Assembly (NCBI RefSeq): GCF_009914755.1
Contig: NC_060930.1
DNA from: the human T2T-CHM13v2.0 reference genome, Homo sapiens
Length of the DNA: 64,000 bases
Reading direction: 5' to 3' (one strand)
Part shown: positions 1 to 14,993 of the stretch, in pieces
Position numbering within the stretch: the stretch's first letter is position 1
How the letters are laid out: every line of letters starts with the position of its first letter
The notes under the pieces: generated by a model
Told to the model about the DNA's origin: nothing
What the model saw: the letters and a program-made list of their open reading frames with translations, nothing else
Databases searched by the model: none
Made by a program: the position numbers and the translations under genes

Positions 1-787
1 TAAGCTGAAGGAATCTGAGAAAACAGCAGAAGCAGGAGAGTCACTTTGATCTCCCCTAGCCCCTTCTCCTCTGAAGCAGATCCTAAAATTCAGGAAGGAT
101 TTTCTCTCTCTTTTTTTTTTTTTTTTTGAGATGGAGTCTTGCTCTGTCGCCCAGGCTGGAGTGCAGTGGCATGATCTTGGCTCACGGCAGCCTCTGCCTC
201 CCGGATTCAAGCAATTCTCCTGCCTCAGCCTGAGTAGCTGAGATTACAGGCGCCCACCACCATGCCCAACTAATTTTTCTATACTTTTAGCAGAGATGGG
301 GTTTTGCCATGTTGGCCAGGCTGGTCTTGAACTCCTGACCTCAGGTGATCCGCCCATCTTGGCCTCCCAAAGGAAGGATTTTCTGACCCTCACCTGAAGG
401 AGGTCATAAGCCCCTCAGGTGAGAGGTGACCTCCATATACCCAGAGGAAAGGAGAATCCTCATTTCTGAAGAGAGAAGGATACCAAAAGGAATCTGAATG
501 AACCTCTGCTGATGAATCTTGCTAAGTTTCCTCCAGTTTACTGCTCTTAGCTCATATTTGTCCTATCACATTCTTCAACAACTTTGCACTCTTCCTCAAA
601 CCTGGTATAAAAACGTTCAGGTTTAACTGTTTATTTGGGTTTTCATTTCCTTATGAAGGTTTCTTTGTCACATAAAACTTATATTAAATAAATTCATAAG
701 TTTTTCTCTTGTTAATCTGTCTTTTGTTAGAGACCCAATCAAGGACCAAAAAGAGTAGAAGGAAAAAGATATTTTTCCTCTCCTACA
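1..787 (+). mobile_element. ERV1 solo LTR (MER34/MER39-like), begins before the window, interrupted by an Alu
   Basis: TATAAA ~606, AATAAA ~687, ends TCCTACA; similar to the LTR at 23802-24344. Confidence 0.7.
106..370 (-). mobile_element. 5'-truncated AluS inside LTR
   Basis: Poly-T plus Alu body; 14-bp TSD AGGAAGGATTTTCT at 92-105 and 371-384. Confidence 0.95.
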
Positions 788-1279
788 AACCAAAGTCACA
801 GTAAAAAACTGTAACAAAAATCTATTTCATGTCGTCTGTATCTTTCTGTACTAACTAAAATCACTGGTTCCTACTGCCTGGAGTCAACTTTCTAAAAAGC
901 TTTAGAGAAATCACTTGGGATCCCAGAGGCTTCCTAATCTGTGCTCTGTTGTAACCTATTTACAAGAAGGTCTTGTTTCAACATCTCTCACTATACAATT
1001 AAGCCAGCATTCCAAGTCCATAATAATACCTTTGAGCAATGGCTTTGATATAATGGGTCTTTTAAATGAATTATAATAAAATTGTTCTTTTTAAAATTTT
1101 AATTTGTTGATTTTTATGCATCATTAATAACACATTTCTAGGATTTAAATCAGCAAGTCATAACTATATATGGCATAGTGTTTCTACCACTACATTTGTA
1201 TCTTAATTCATTCTTTCTAGCCCTTACCTTCTCTTCTTACTTTTATTTCTATTTAATTTCATCACTATCTAAATCTGTA

Positions 1280-1795
1280 CTAGCAGCAGATATTGTCTGA
1301 TTGCCTAGGTGGCATCTCTCCCTAAAAACACCTTTCCCCCACTGTATAGTAGCCATATGGTTTAGGTAGACTAAACCTATTCTCTGCTGGAGGTGGGAGT
1401 TGTGGTGGTGGCAAGGAGCACAATGTGATCCAAGTCAATTAATCACATTCCTCTCATTATTGCAATCAGGTCAAGGGTGGTCTAATCAGAGAAAAGCTCA
1501 GGACATCTGAACCACTGCTGTGGGAAGTAACCCTCTCTCCCCAAGGATGTAAACAAAGCATGTGGCTGTCATTGCTCCTGGTGATAATCTTGCAACCCAA
1601 AAGGAAATCAACATGAGGAGGTACCGGTACCACACAGGGAAGAGACAAAGCCAGGAGAATCAGTAAGGTTATAGGCTGAACAAACAACTAAAAGGGATGC
1701 TATTTCCAGACTTTTCTATCAAATCAGTAAGTCTCTGTAGTTTTAAGACAGTACGAAATTCCTTTTATTTGGCAGCAACCAAAAGCATTCTAATG
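1280..1795 (+). mobile_element. old MaLR LTR (MLT1-like)
   Basis: 3' end ...GCAGCAACCAAAAGCATTCTAAT resembles MLT1 termini; diverged. Confidence 0.45.
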
Positions 1796-2017
1796 GAACC
1801 CCAAAGAGGTTTCCCAAAGGGAAAACATAAAATAATGTTCAATATACTGTTTTTCAATTTTATGTATAATTGCTGTTTTTTCTTTAATTCATATTGTATT
1901 GTGATAAATGTTTACTTTTACCATTTAGAAAAAGAAGACGCTGAAACTGAGGACCTATCTCAGTATCTCACCCTCTTTGCCATTTTAATACAGTCAGCTA
2001 AAAAGTTAAATTACTAA

Positions 2018-2344
<327 letters not shown>

Positions 2345-3960
2345 TAAATTATAGAAACATAATGTCAAATATATTCTCTAAAAATAACCCTATTGGTTAA
2401 AAAGTAATAACTGCCACATCAAACTGTCAAAAGCTTAGAAAGGATTAGGCCAGCCTATCTGTTTCCTCAAAAAAAAGAACAGACATTTCATGCAGAGAAT
2501 TTAGAAGACCAAGTTCACTAGATAAAAATAAAATAATGAAAATCTCAAGTAATCCTACTTCTTTCTGGTGTTTCCACATAGGTTTTATGTTTATTTTTTT
2601 CCTGAGTGTGTGGGGAAGGTAGTGGTAATAACCCCATTAAAAAATACAAATAACTTTTACTCAAGAATAAAACTGTACATTTAGGACCTGTTAATCAATA
2701 CTGTCAAGGCTGATGAAATTCATAATTTGATACAAATATCATCTACTTGAATGACAGAGGGGTAGAAAAAAAATACCATCTACTCCAAGAACGGCTTGGG
2801 GTAGTAAAAACATAATTCTCAACCTTAGACCATGATACAGGTGCTCAGGATCCAAACTGGTAGCCACAGAGAATAACCAAAGCTACTGTGGACGGGAAGC
2901 CTTAAAGTACACAGTAAATAGAGTGGTAAGTAGTGGTGGCAAGAAACCAAAATATGTTTTAGAGCAGGCAGTGGAAGTCAAGTTTCCTTGGTACCAATTT
3001 AGAAAGGCAACTTCTTTGGTCATTTGTATGTTAGTACAATCATGAAACCTTAGTTGTCATTATTACAATAAATCCTACATTTTCAAAAGCGAAAAAAATA
3101 AGCTATATATTCAAAAGTTACATGAATTCACCCAATTTCTCAAGTATATCGATTTTATATAACTGGTGTAAGTTTGTAAATAAGCAAGCTACTTCAATAA
3201 AATCAGTGGTAAATCCTGTCTAAAAGAAGAAATTATGTGTTTATATGATACTGTACCTAAAAGTTCATTAACACTGTCACTTGGAACTTTCATATATATA
3301 GATTTCTTCAAGAGACACATACTGGTATACTGCTATTCAATATATCTATTCTATTTTCAAGTACTGCTTCTCTGATAATCCAGGACACACAAACATAGGT
3401 TCCCTTTCAAATTGGGTAAAGTGACACATTAAAGAAGACTTCCATGAAGAAGTCAGAAGAATTTCCATTGTATACATAACTATTATTTCAGTTTCATTAA
3501 ACCTGTATCTTTCAATACAGGATGTTTAAAGAGACTTTGAAAAAATAATTCATAACTGCTTCCATATCATCTGTTGTTTGGGACTGTTTAGTATTCAACT
3601 ACTAGCATTCTACATACTAAGATAGAATATATTTTAATTTTTATGATACCAAAGAGTAGATTTAAAAGCAGAAAACAAAAGATTTAAGAAGTAAAAAAGA
3701 TAATTAGCTTAAAGGAAACTTTTCAGATATATTTCTAAGCAATGTTATTACATGAATATAAATACAAGTTAAGACAAAGAAGCCAGGGCAAGGTTTACTA
3801 TGCCTATTATATCCCTAGAACAACAGAGACACTTAATACACATTTTCTGAATAAAACTTCAAATCTAGAGAAACAGTCATGGGGGCAACTATAAACAAGG
3901 TAGATCCTACTTTCCTGGGGCTTCTAGTTCAGAGAGCAAATACCTTTAAGTGAAATCATT

Positions 3961-4292
3961 TATATTTATAAATATAGATATATGTGTATATACACATACA
4001 CATACATATGTGTACATATGTACAGACATGTTTACATAGATACATACATATATGTATATGTGTATATATACATCTGTTTATAAATATGTGTATATATACA
4101 TATACATATATTTGCATTTATAAATATATATACACTGTGTGTATATATACACATCTATACATATATACTTTATATACACACATATATACACACTATATTA
4201 ATTACATATATACATATTACATACATACACATATATTAAGTGTGTGTATATATGTGTGTGTGTATGTATGTGTGTGTGTATATATATATAAA
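3961..4292. repeat. degenerate (TA/CA/TG)n microsatellite
   Basis: Alternating purine-pyrimidine low-complexity tract. Confidence 0.95.
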
Positions 4293-4429
4293 AATAAAAT
4301 TTCATCCATTACTTAAGGTCAGAGTATAAAGTTATAGCATCTGATAAGTAAAATGAGACTGTGTGATGAACGAGCAGAATTTCACTTTATAAAAAAATTA
4401 ACCAAAATGATACTGTCTCCTAAGGTCAA

Positions 4430-4860
4430 CTGAATTCACTTGAGCCAACAGGTGCTACGCAATGGGGCTGGGGAGACAAAGACAAAAAACCCTGCCACTC
4501 CATAAGCCAGAAGCTAAAGTAACTCATAATCTCTTAGGGAAAATAAATATGCAAATGCTACATAGAGTGATAAATGCAATAAACATACTGAATTAGCTAA
4601 AAAAAATTATTAACTGTTCAGGGATGAGGGCCACAGAAAGTTTCACAGAGACTTCTGAGATGTTAAACCTGAAGGCAAAAGGTCAAGAGAGACAAGAAAG
4701 CATTCCAGGCATAGTGTAAAAAGAAAAGAAAAAAATGGGGGATTTCTCAAGGGTGAAGTACAAGTGAGGAATCAGCAGATGATGCTGGACAGACGAGGGG
4801 AAACACAGTTGTAAAGTCCTGTGTATATGATGCTGAAGAGTTTTAACCACGAAAGTGATT
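4430..4860 (-). mobile_element. L2 fragment
   Basis: Purine-rich diverged sequence resembling the antisense L2 3' region. Confidence 0.45.
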
Positions 4861-6653
4861 TGGTAGTGGGAAGGATAAAATGGTTTTCACTGACTATTTT
4901 CTCAAAGAAGAGTGAAGCAAAGAAATCAGCAGAGTGGAGAGGAGGAAGGGATTCCCAAAGTTAAGGCAAGAGAAAACACAAAAGAGCTCTTTTGGAAAAT
5001 GACAGAGACTTGAGTAAAAAACACTGAGAGTGCCTGGCAGCACTATGTACTCATTAAGGTTATGTGATGTTAGCTTCAAAGTTCAGTCTGAATGGTTGTC
5101 TGATATTCTCTATATGGTTCAGGTGCTCGGATGCAGATTGGTAGATAGTCGGGTTTAACTGGGTTGGGCATTTTGCTGAGCAAGTATTATGCAGAGAGCG
5201 CAGGTCTGGGAGTTAAAGGTCCTTGCAAGCAAATGCTTACAGGACTAGAAAAACTAAGCTGAAGAAGGAAAGAAGTAAAGCCATGTGGAAGGTCATATTT
5301 AAAAAGTGGTAGGGTCAATGAACAGAGAAGCTCTCGATGGTTTCAAGACAGCGTCTGGATATTAAAGTTAGCAAGCCACAAGCCACCAGTAGTGGTCAGG
5401 GAGTAGGAGACTATAGAGGTTTAGATTTTGGGGTAATGAAACAATTGTTGGCCTTGAAAACAACAAGGAAATGAGCAACAGGCTGAATTTTCAAAAAGTA
5501 ATCCAAACAATTATGGAGAAGAAACTGAGTCAGATGCCACTGTTATCAGAAAGGAGGCATAAAGGAAGTTGATGGACCAGAGCAAGCAGGGGGATTAGTG
5601 GTGGGTAAAAGTCTCATGACCTGGACTTTCAAGGTGCCGAGGTTTTGGAAGGAGAAAAGAGGAGGAATGGTGTGGAAGCAGCAGTGAGAAACAAGACAAC
5701 CTCTGCCGAACAGCCTTTAAGTCTTGAGGAATGTGAGTATGCAGGGATATGGGTAAAAAGCCTCCCTTAGAGAAGGCAGCAGAGGAAGTTGTGTCTTTAG
5801 AAAACAAGTTTTAATTACAACACGGTGAAAAGTTCAGAAAAGAGGGACATCATAGAAGGGATAATCAGTATATCAGTTGTGCCTTTTTATTTCCCACAGC
5901 ATCTGCGAAATGCAGAGTATTAAATACCTGTCAATATGAATGATCAATTAATATTTACTTGGCATCAACAGGCTATAATGCCACATGGTATTCCACCAAG
6001 CTTTTGTTACTGTGTTCTCTCACTTTAATCACTATTGGCAGTTGAGTTACAGGAACACTGAAAATGGTGTTTTAAATTCCAAAAGAAAAGGGCAAAATTT
6101 TATAAGAAAATGTTAAAGGAAACTTTTAAGTTCCATTTGGAAGTTTAATTTAGCCTTTTAAGAAATTTTAGCCCACATTTTAGAGCTTTAAATTCTTTAG
6201 TCATGGTTCCTTCCTTTCACAGGTATCTCATACTTCTCTGAACTCCTACAGCAGTGAAAAGGCTTTACCATGTGACTTCATGTGTCGTAACAAATGCCAT
6301 CTTATTTGCCAGGGCTTTACTTTTTCGTATGTTAGCTTCCACTCTCTGACTATACAGTCATTTTCTTGGGGTCAAAGTAGGCACTTAAGAGTTTCTTAAT
6401 GATTTGGTCTGGGAATGCCTACATGAGTCATATAATTCTAAGGCAGAGACAAACTGTCTACAGTACCAGGTATTATTTGCTACTATACAAGATCTTTAGA
6501 AGAATAATGAACTGGGGTTTTAAAAAATACTTTGAAATTATTTTAACTATTCTTCAAGAGAAGCCCTTATACGGGAAACAAAGAAAGCAAAATTATTTAT
6601 TTAGCCAAAATAATATGCCCAAACAAAATAAATAAATAAATCCTGTGTTTTAC

Positions 6654-6739
6654 CTCGATAGTAGGCCTTTGTAATTGCATCAAATTCCTCCTGACCTGCA
6701 GTGTCCCATAACATTAGTCTGACATCTTCATCATTAACT
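6654..6739 (-). CDS. RAB23: RAB23 exon 3 (86 nt)
   Basis: ttgttttAG|A GTT AAT GAT... encodes VNDEDVRLMLWDTAGQEEFDAITKAYYR(G), including the G3 motif WDTAGQE. Phase matches exon 2 (CA+A = Gln); donor GAG|GTAAAA. Confidence 0.98.
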
Positions 6740-6841
6740 CTAAAACAAGAGATGAATTTATTTCATATGTAAAGGAAAATGTTTTTGGTAATATAGCTTT
6801 GTGTATATTTTTCATTTTCAAATCCAAAGATATTAAAACTA

Positions 6842-7099
6842 CAAATGCTCCTTGACTTATGATGGGTTGTCCCAATAAACCTACTGGGGGTTACATCCTG
6901 GTAAGCCCATTGTAAGCTGAAAATTAGGAGTCAAAAATGCATTTAACACCCCATTAAACCACTGTAAATTCAAAAAACTCATAAGCTGAACTATTATAAA
7001 TCCTTATGCTCCTCAACTTACGATGGGGCTATGTCTCAAAAAACCCATGCTAAAGTTGAAAAACTGTAAGTCAAACCTTCCTGAGTCAGAGACCACATG
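6842..7099 (+). mobile_element. MER47-like (Tigger5) MITE
   Basis: Starts CAAATGCTCCTTGACTTATGATGGG with an internal repeat of the same unit at ~7006; TA on both sides. Confidence 0.75.
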
Positions 7100-7391
7100 T
7101 ACACTGTCAGTTTCACCCTGAAAAACTGAGTACTTTCGGATGTTGATATCATTATCAACAGTGAAAGAGTGAAAAACATTCCCCTAAAGCTACAGCTTCC
7201 CACATGATTTGGATTTATCTGCCATGTTTTTTTCTTTGACACAGTCACAGCGTAGTGGTGGTCTAAGATTAACGTTTTGGGAAGGGGAATTTCCTTAGGT
7301 CAGTGCCTGTTCTCCTTTCCCGACATCTTTCTAATGGGTTCTGGTGCTTTTGTGATAAAATGAGGATAAGAATGCAAAAAAGCAATTTACC

Positions 7392-7675
7392 GCCAGTCAC
7401 GGTGGCTCACGCCTGTAATCCCAGCAATCTGTGAGGCCAAAGTGGGCGGATCACTTGAGGCCAGGAGTTCAGTACCAGCCTGGCCAACATGGCGAAACCC
7501 TGTCTCTACCAAAAATAGAAAAATTAGCTGTGTGTGGTGGTGCATGCCTGTAGTCCCAGCTACCCAGGAGGCTGAGATGGGAGAATCGCTTGAGCCTGGG
7601 AGGTGGAGCACCACTGCAGTCCAGCCTGGGAGACAGAGTGAGACTCTGTCTCAAAAAAAAAAAAAAAAAAAAAAA
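7392..7675 (+). mobile_element. Alu with right-arm deletion
   Basis: Alu body plus poly-A; TSD AAAAAGC(A/G)ATTTACC. Confidence 0.95.
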
Positions 7676-7737
7676 GCGATTTACCTCCCTGGCTCACTGG
7701 TTGCCCTTAAACTTAAAATTTACTCTATTTTGTCATA

Positions 7738-8384
7738 TAGTCAATTCTCATTATTCACAGTAGTTACGTTCTATAATGTCAATGTGAACACTGAATTAGC
7801 AAATACTGAACCACTGCTCCTAAGGGAAACATAGGGTTAGGTTTTTGAGAACCCCTGGTTACATTTTCATCAACTGATCAGTACATAACCTTGTTTTATG
7901 TGTTTCTGTTTAAAGACACCTTACTGATTGATATATATTGTTAATTCATTAACACTGAATTCACGACCAACAGCACTATAACTCGTGCCTGAACAAAGCT
8001 TATCTAACATATTTATTTTTTCTGTAAGGCACATCATAGCCTTCCTATACTTAGGAATGCTAGACAGCACTGCAGCACTACACTTAGGAGCCTTCTTAAA
8101 CAGCAAAATCACCAAGAAAAAGCACAAAATGTAAAAAATGTGGCATTAAACAGAACACAAAAAGGACATGTGTTTACTGTATGAGGTACTGAAACAAGAA
8201 AGCAGACTTGTTTGATGACCTCAGCTGGGAAGTGCATGATGGGCAACTTAAATTTTTTGCTGCTCTATATATGTCCACAAATGACCACAAATGTACTACA
8301 AATACTGATTCTGGGGTTACAAATAAATATTACCAAGTGGGTGAATTTGCATATGCAGAACCTATAAACAATAAGGATTGACTG
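7738..8384 (+). mobile_element. MER82 (TcMar-Tigger) DNA transposon
   Basis: Termini TAGTCAATTCTCATT / AATAAGGATTGACTG are imperfect inverted repeats; ~650 bp; body matches recalled MER82. Confidence 0.75.
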
Positions 8385-9251
8385 CATACTGAAATATTTA
8401 TTTGGTTTCAGGTAATAAGTATAAAAAGCAAACATCATCAAGACTTAACATGCTTGCTCTTAAAATATGTTCTAAGAGAGGAAGCAAATATGGAAATACT
8501 TTTAAAAAGAAAGTAATAGAATACAGACTAGAAATTAATCTTTAAAATGATAAAATTATCTTTGATGTTAAAGTTGGGCCAGTAACCAGGTTTGTAATAT
8601 TTTAAATTACAATTTGAAATACAAACTAAAATGTATTTGGGTAACACATTTTAGTTTGTCTGCTACAATTTAAAATATACTTAGAAGTTCTCAGGACTAA
8701 TGACAAAAAATATTACTCTGATGTGCTTTAGAATCCAAATGAATTTCCTAAAGCAGGATTTCCTTTTCATAGGCAAATTTTGTCCTCCCAAATCTGTTTT
8801 ATCTTATTTCTTTAGAGTAAAGCAAACTATTAATTCTCTAACTTCCATACAGTCTTGCCTAGTTTCAAAAAGAGAACAGACATTCTAATAAAAACGAGCC
8901 CATAATATAACTTTCATTCCAAAGAAAATAGCAGTTGGAAATCTCACTGGAGTCAGCATCAGTTTGTGTTTAAGACGTGCCCAAGGTGTCACCAATAAAT
9001 ATAAAACAGCTATGAGACAGAAAAAAACGTGGAGAGTAGAAAAAGAAAAAAAAATGAAAGAAGGGAAGAGATGAAAGAAAAAAAAAAGGATAAAGTTACA
9101 TATGTCATGAAAACCACCATCACTGTCGCATGAGCATTGCCACTAGTTGCCACACCTCGAAATCCACTGCAATCAGTTAACTATTACTCCAATGAGTCTT
9201 GGATATAGTTCACAAATCAAAGCCAAAGGAATAAAATGGCCAAGTACTTAC

Positions 9252-9406
9252 TGAATTTGTCGCTCCAAAAAATCAACTCCAATGGTTTTCTTGTAGTCTT
9301 TTGTAAAAATGCCTTTGCAATATCGCTGAATCATACTTGATTTTCCAACTGCTCCATTCCCTACAACCACCATCTTTATGGCGACTTCCATATCTTCCTC
9401 CAACAT
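9252..9406 (-). CDS. RAB23: RAB23 first coding exon (exon 2, coding part, 155 nt)
   Basis: Reverse complement reads MLEEDMEVAIKMVVVGNGAVGKSSMIQRYCKGIFTKDYKKTIGVDFLERQI(Q): P-loop GNGAVGKS plus switch I TIGVDF, the RAB23 N-terminus. ATG context CCAAAAATG; donor CA|GTAAGT at 9251. Confidence 0.98.
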
Positions 9407-9471
9407 TTTTGGAGCTGAAATGGTTTCTGTACCAACTCTAATTCTAGGAGATCAGATCTTCCCTCTCAAAT
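9407..9471 (-). other. RAB23: RAB23 exon 2 5'UTR portion (65 nt)
   Basis: Acceptor tttcattttaaaccacAG| with intron ending at 9472; no ATG between acceptor and start codon. Confidence 0.85.
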
Positions 9472-9729
9472 CTGTGGTTTAAAATGAAATTATTTTTTCA
9501 TAACACAAAAATGTACAAAATAAACTAATTGTTTTATCAAGAAATTATCACATTGCATTGCAAGGATGTGTTTTCATAACTGAGGTCCCTCCCACTCTCT
9601 TTAGATAATGTAAACTCTTTGAAAGGTACAGCAATAACAATTCATTTTTGAATGAATCCTCATCAATAGCGCAATGCATGACATTCATATATCAATAAAT
9701 ACCTAGATCTACTTTCATAGAGATGATGA

Positions 9730-9900
9730 CTAGGATCATTAGATTTGATGCCTGATTATTTAAAGGTGCCACTTACTAGTTCTGTGCTCTTAGTGAACAC
9801 GTTGCTTAACTTCTTCAGGCTTCTGTTTCCTGGCAATAATATCCATCTCATACGGTTATTGATCAATGATACACATAAAGCACTTAGCATAGTGAAAGTT
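9730..9900 (+). mobile_element. MIR
   Basis: GCCACTTACTAGTTCTGTG...CTGTTTCC...AAAGCACTTAGCATAGTG core. Confidence 0.65.
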
Positions 9901-9914
9901 ATGCATTCAGAATT

Positions 9915-10194
9915 TAGTTAAGCATTCCTGATCCAAAAATCTGAAGTCTGAAATGTGGCAAAATCTGAAATGTTTTAAGCACTGACATGATGCCATAAGG
10001 GAAAAATTCCATACCTGACATGTGATAGGTCACAGTCAAAGCAGTCAAAACTTTGTTTCATGCACAAAAATACTAAAAGTACTGTATAAAATTACTTTGA
10101 GGCTATGTGTATAAGGCATGTATGAGACATAAATGAATTTCCTGTTTAGACTCGGGTCCTGTCCCCAAGACATCTCATTATGTACATGCAAATA
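9915..10194 (+). mobile_element. Tigger4 (MER46-type) fragment
   Basis: AAAATCTGAA repeats and body resembling Tigger4b; cut by an Alu. Confidence 0.7.
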
Positions 10195-10515
<321 letters not shown>

Positions 10516-11129
10516 TTGTAAATCCTCCATAGTGTATCACCAAATAGGCAACAAATTCAAAATCTGTAGAAATTGCTTTTCAACCTCACAGGTAATAATG
10601 TCCCTAAAAAAGCACCCCAAAGAAGGTTTTGTATAATAGTGTACGACCATGTGTCAGCATTGGACTCTTAGTTATAATGATTTAGTGTTTGGTTTACAAT
10701 GAATCCTGTACAAATAAATATCTTACACCACACATTCTTGCTTTAGTTTTAAACCTTTATAGTTACACATACAGTGAAAGCAATAGAATGGGCACTTTGC
10801 ATTTTAAGAATGAAAAGAACAGAAAGTCAATTTCTTCATGTTTCTTCTTAAAATTACTAGTTAGGCTACTGCTCCTTTAGCTATTATATTTCAACTACTT
10901 TAACTGAAAATCCATCTATACAACCACTACACCAAGGGAGTCCAAAATGTGAACATTCCTTTCTTTGTCCCTAATAGTCTCAGCAATTGTCTCTGGTACT
11001 TTACAAACCTGAGTGATCATAAGAATCACCTAAAAGTACTTGTTAAAGTACAGTTCTGGGTCTCTGCCTCAGGCATAATTTATCAGAAATTTCACAGGAA
11101 GCCTTGGAATCTGGTTTATAAAACAAGCA

Positions 11130-11517
11130 TAAAAGGTGCTGTTTAGCTCTCCCTTCATGAGCTGCTACCTGGCAGTCTCTGCTACCTCACCTTCAGGATC
11201 CACTGCACTGTCCACTCCTGTTGAGGCCGCATTCTCCCCGGGTAAAGACTAAACAGGCAGTGCCACTTGAGTTGGGACAATTATGCACAACATGGATCCT
11301 CTTTGGTCTGGGGCTCCCCATCAGACTAGCTGAGATTTTTTCAGAAATGCACTGCAGTCTGGAGCTCTTTCCACCCCATCTTTCTTTATCCTTTCACAAG
11401 TATAAAAAACTAGCATTGCAGCCTCTTTATCCTTCTCAGGCATTTTCCCCAATAAATCTCTTGCACTTTTAGTTCCATCTTGATACTTACTTCCTGGAGA
11501 ACTCAAATGGATATACA
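11130..11517 (+). mobile_element. ERVL-class LTR (LTR33-like) inserted in a MER5 fragment
   Basis: CCCCAATAAATCTCTTGCAC...TTCCTGGAGAACTCAAA end; MER5-like sequence on both flanks. Confidence 0.5.
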
Positions 11518-11626
11518 TCCCAAGTGATTTTACAATCAGGTAAGTGTCAAAGCCAATATCCTATGCTAGTGATTCTCAATTTTGGCTATACACTGGGATC
11601 ATCTAGATAACTTTAAAAAATACTTG

Positions 11627-11933
11627 GCTGGGGGCAGTGGCTCACACCTATAATCCCAGTGCTTTGGGAGGCTGAGGCAGGAGGATTGCTTGAGGCCAGG
11701 GGTTCAAGACCAGCCTGGGCACCATGTGAGTCCCTGTCTCTACCAAAAAAAAAAAAAAAAAAATTGGCCAGGCATGGTGGCGTGAGCCTGTAGTCCCAGC
11801 TACTCGGGAAGCTAAGGCAGGATTGTTTGAGCCCAGGAGTTCAAGGCCGCAGTGAGCCATGACTGTACCAGTGCACTTCAGCTTGGGTGACAGAGCGAGG
11901 CCCTGTCTAAAAAACAAACAAACAAACAAAAAA
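11627..11933 (+). mobile_element. AluJ
   Basis: Dimer with expanded middle A-tract and (AAAC)n tail. Confidence 0.9.
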
Positions 11934-11989
11934 CCTGATGCCTGATGCCTGCATCTTGCCCTCTGAGTATACGATCAGATGGTCTAGGG

Positions 11990-12348
11990 CAGTGGTTCCC
12001 AACCATTTTGGCACCAGGGACTTGCTTTGGTGGAAGACAACTTCCACAGATGGGAGGTTGGTGGGGGGCAGTGGAGGGACGGTTTGGGGATAAAACTGTT
12101 CTACCTCAAATCATCAGGCATTAGTTAGATTCTCATAAGGATATAAGGAGTGCTGCAACCTAGATCCCTCACATGTGCAGTTCTCAATAGAGTTTGGGCT
12201 CCTATGAGAATCTAATGCTGCTGCTGATTTGACAGGAGGCGGAGCTCAGGCGGTAATGCTCGCAGCCACTCACCTCCTGCTGTGTGGCCCAGTTCCTAAC
12301 AGGCCACAGAACGGTACCAGTCCACGGCCTGGGAGTTGGGGACCCCTG
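11990..12348 (+). mobile_element. MER1B (hAT-Charlie) DNA transposon
   Basis: TIRs CAGTGGTTCCCAAC / GTTGGGGACCCCTG; perfect 8-bp TSD GTCTAGGG at 11982-11989 and 12349-12356. Confidence 0.9.
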
Positions 12349-13343
12349 GTCTAGGGTACAATCTGGACATCAAGTATCATCATCCTATTACCCTACACAA
12401 GATGTAGTCTTTAGGACACACGGTCAAATATAAAATTCTGACCAGGATCTGACCCTTGTTCATCCAGCTGTATCTCACACTGGTTCAGTTCCTAGAAAGC
12501 AACTTCCTTTCTCTACCTAAACAATTCTTCACCCAAGAAGACTGTTATGTTCAAAAAAAGGCAACAACAAAAATCTTATCACATTTTATCCTTTTAAAGA
12601 TATATACTTCAGACACTTTTGCTTCTGAAATGATACACATTTTTCCCTATTCCTTCCTCTAAGTATAACTAAAAATTTTGGATACTATATATAAACAAAC
12701 ATTAGACATTGAAAAGTGCAAAGGTACCACAGGACACAAAGCACAACATGGTAATGAGTTTTCCTTGAGTTCTTTTTACCTCATATATCCCAGACTGGAT
12801 TATAGAGAAGCTAGTAACCAGGAAATATCACCACCAACAACAAAAAAACATAAAAGCCTACTCTCTTGAGTCAAAGGACCAGGAAAGGGGCAGCCTAGCA
12901 AGCAGAAAGATAGAAAACACCTATACCCTTGTGAGGGCTATATTGATGCACCCCAACTCCCTCTATGGGGTGGTGTCAGAAAAGACCAACTGGGGAGGAC
13001 TGGGGAGGACTTGCATCCTCACTGGGGAGAAATGAAGGCACCCCCCACCCCTGCCCAACCACCACCAAGGCATCCCTAGAGACCATGTGGGAGCCTGAAC
13101 TCCCACCCCATCCACCAATTCAGTCATCCCTACCCCTTTTCACCTCTACTTTTTTGCTGGGGTGGTGTCAGATGAAGCCTACTAGAAAGTCAGGACTTAC
13201 ACTATCTCTCACAGGTAATAAGGCCATCTACTGACTCTTTGCAGTGTCAGTGGGTCAGCCTCTTCCCAGCCAGGGTGGTATCAGTGGCCCCCAGTAGAGA
13301 GTCATCATGACCAGTAGTAAGAGGAGCTCTTCCCATTCTCAGT

Positions 13344-13684
<341 letters not shown>

Positions 13685-14993
13685 TAGTAAAGAGGTAGTG
13701 CCCCACCCTTCCTGTTTTTGGAGCACATCAAAGGAAGAGAATCAAGCTAAAAGAGAATGTAATGAGACCAGAGAATCACAACATAACACTCCCAGTGTCC
13801 TGATTTCATCGAAAATCACTCAGCACACCAAGAACCAGGAAAATCTTAAATGCAAAAGACAATCAATAGACACTAGCAATGAGATGACAGACATTAGATT
13901 CATGTAATAAGGATTTCAAAAATAAAAAGTTAACTGGCAGTCAATGAGCAATTATGGATATACTTAAACGAATGTAAAAAATAAAGAGTCTCAAAAATAA
14001 ACAGAAGATATAAAGAAGTACCAAATGGAAAGTAGAACTGAAAATTATAATAACCATAATTTAAAAAACTAAATGATATGTTCAACGGCAGAATAGAGAG
14101 GACGGAGGAAAGAATTAGTGAACTTGAACATACAATCTGAGCCACGCAAACAGGCTGAAATAAAGGACAGAGCCTTCAAGACCTGTGGAACTAAACCACA
14201 AAAAAATCAGATATTTCTGTCATTGGAGTTCCAGGAGGAGAGGAGAAAGAAGATAGAGCTAAAAAAGGACTTGAAGAAATAATGACTGAAAATTTCCCAA
14301 ATATGGAAAAAGACAAAGCTACAGATTCAAGAAGCTGAGTAAATCCCAAACAGGATAAACCAGTCAAAATCTAGACCTAAACAAATCAAAGTCAAACTTC
14401 TGAAAACTAAAGACAAAACATTTTGAAAGCAGCCAGAGAAAAAGGATGGGGAAAAGTAATTTGAACGACAGTGAATTTCTCCTCAGAAACCATGGAGGCC
14501 AGAAGGAAGTGGCACATCATTTTTTGAGTGTTGAAAGAAAAGAACTGTCAACTCAAAATTATATATCCAACAAAAATATCCTCTAGGAATGAAAAGGAAA
14601 TCAAGGTAATCTCTGATGAGGGAAAACTAAGAGCATTTGTTGACAGCAGACCAATGCAAAAGAACAGCTAATGGAAGTTCTCAGTGGAAAAGAAATAATT
14701 TTTTAAAAGAAGAACTTGGAGTGTCAGAACAAAAGAAAGAACATGGTAAGAGCAAAAATATTGTTAAATACAACAGACTTCCCTTCTCTTGAGTGTTCTA
14801 AACTATGTTTGATAGTTGAAAAAAAAATTATAAAACTGTCCAATGTGGTGTTCAATATATGTAGGAAAAATATTTAAGACAATTATAAATGGGGAAGGAT
14901 AAAGGACTATAAAGGGAGGTACGGGTTCCACACTTCACTTGAATTTGTAAAATATTGACTGCAGTGATAAATTATGGGGATAAATCACATATA

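Noticed and set aside
3984-4316. 110-aa Y/I/H/T-rich ORF
   Set aside because: Translation of a TA/CA microsatellite.
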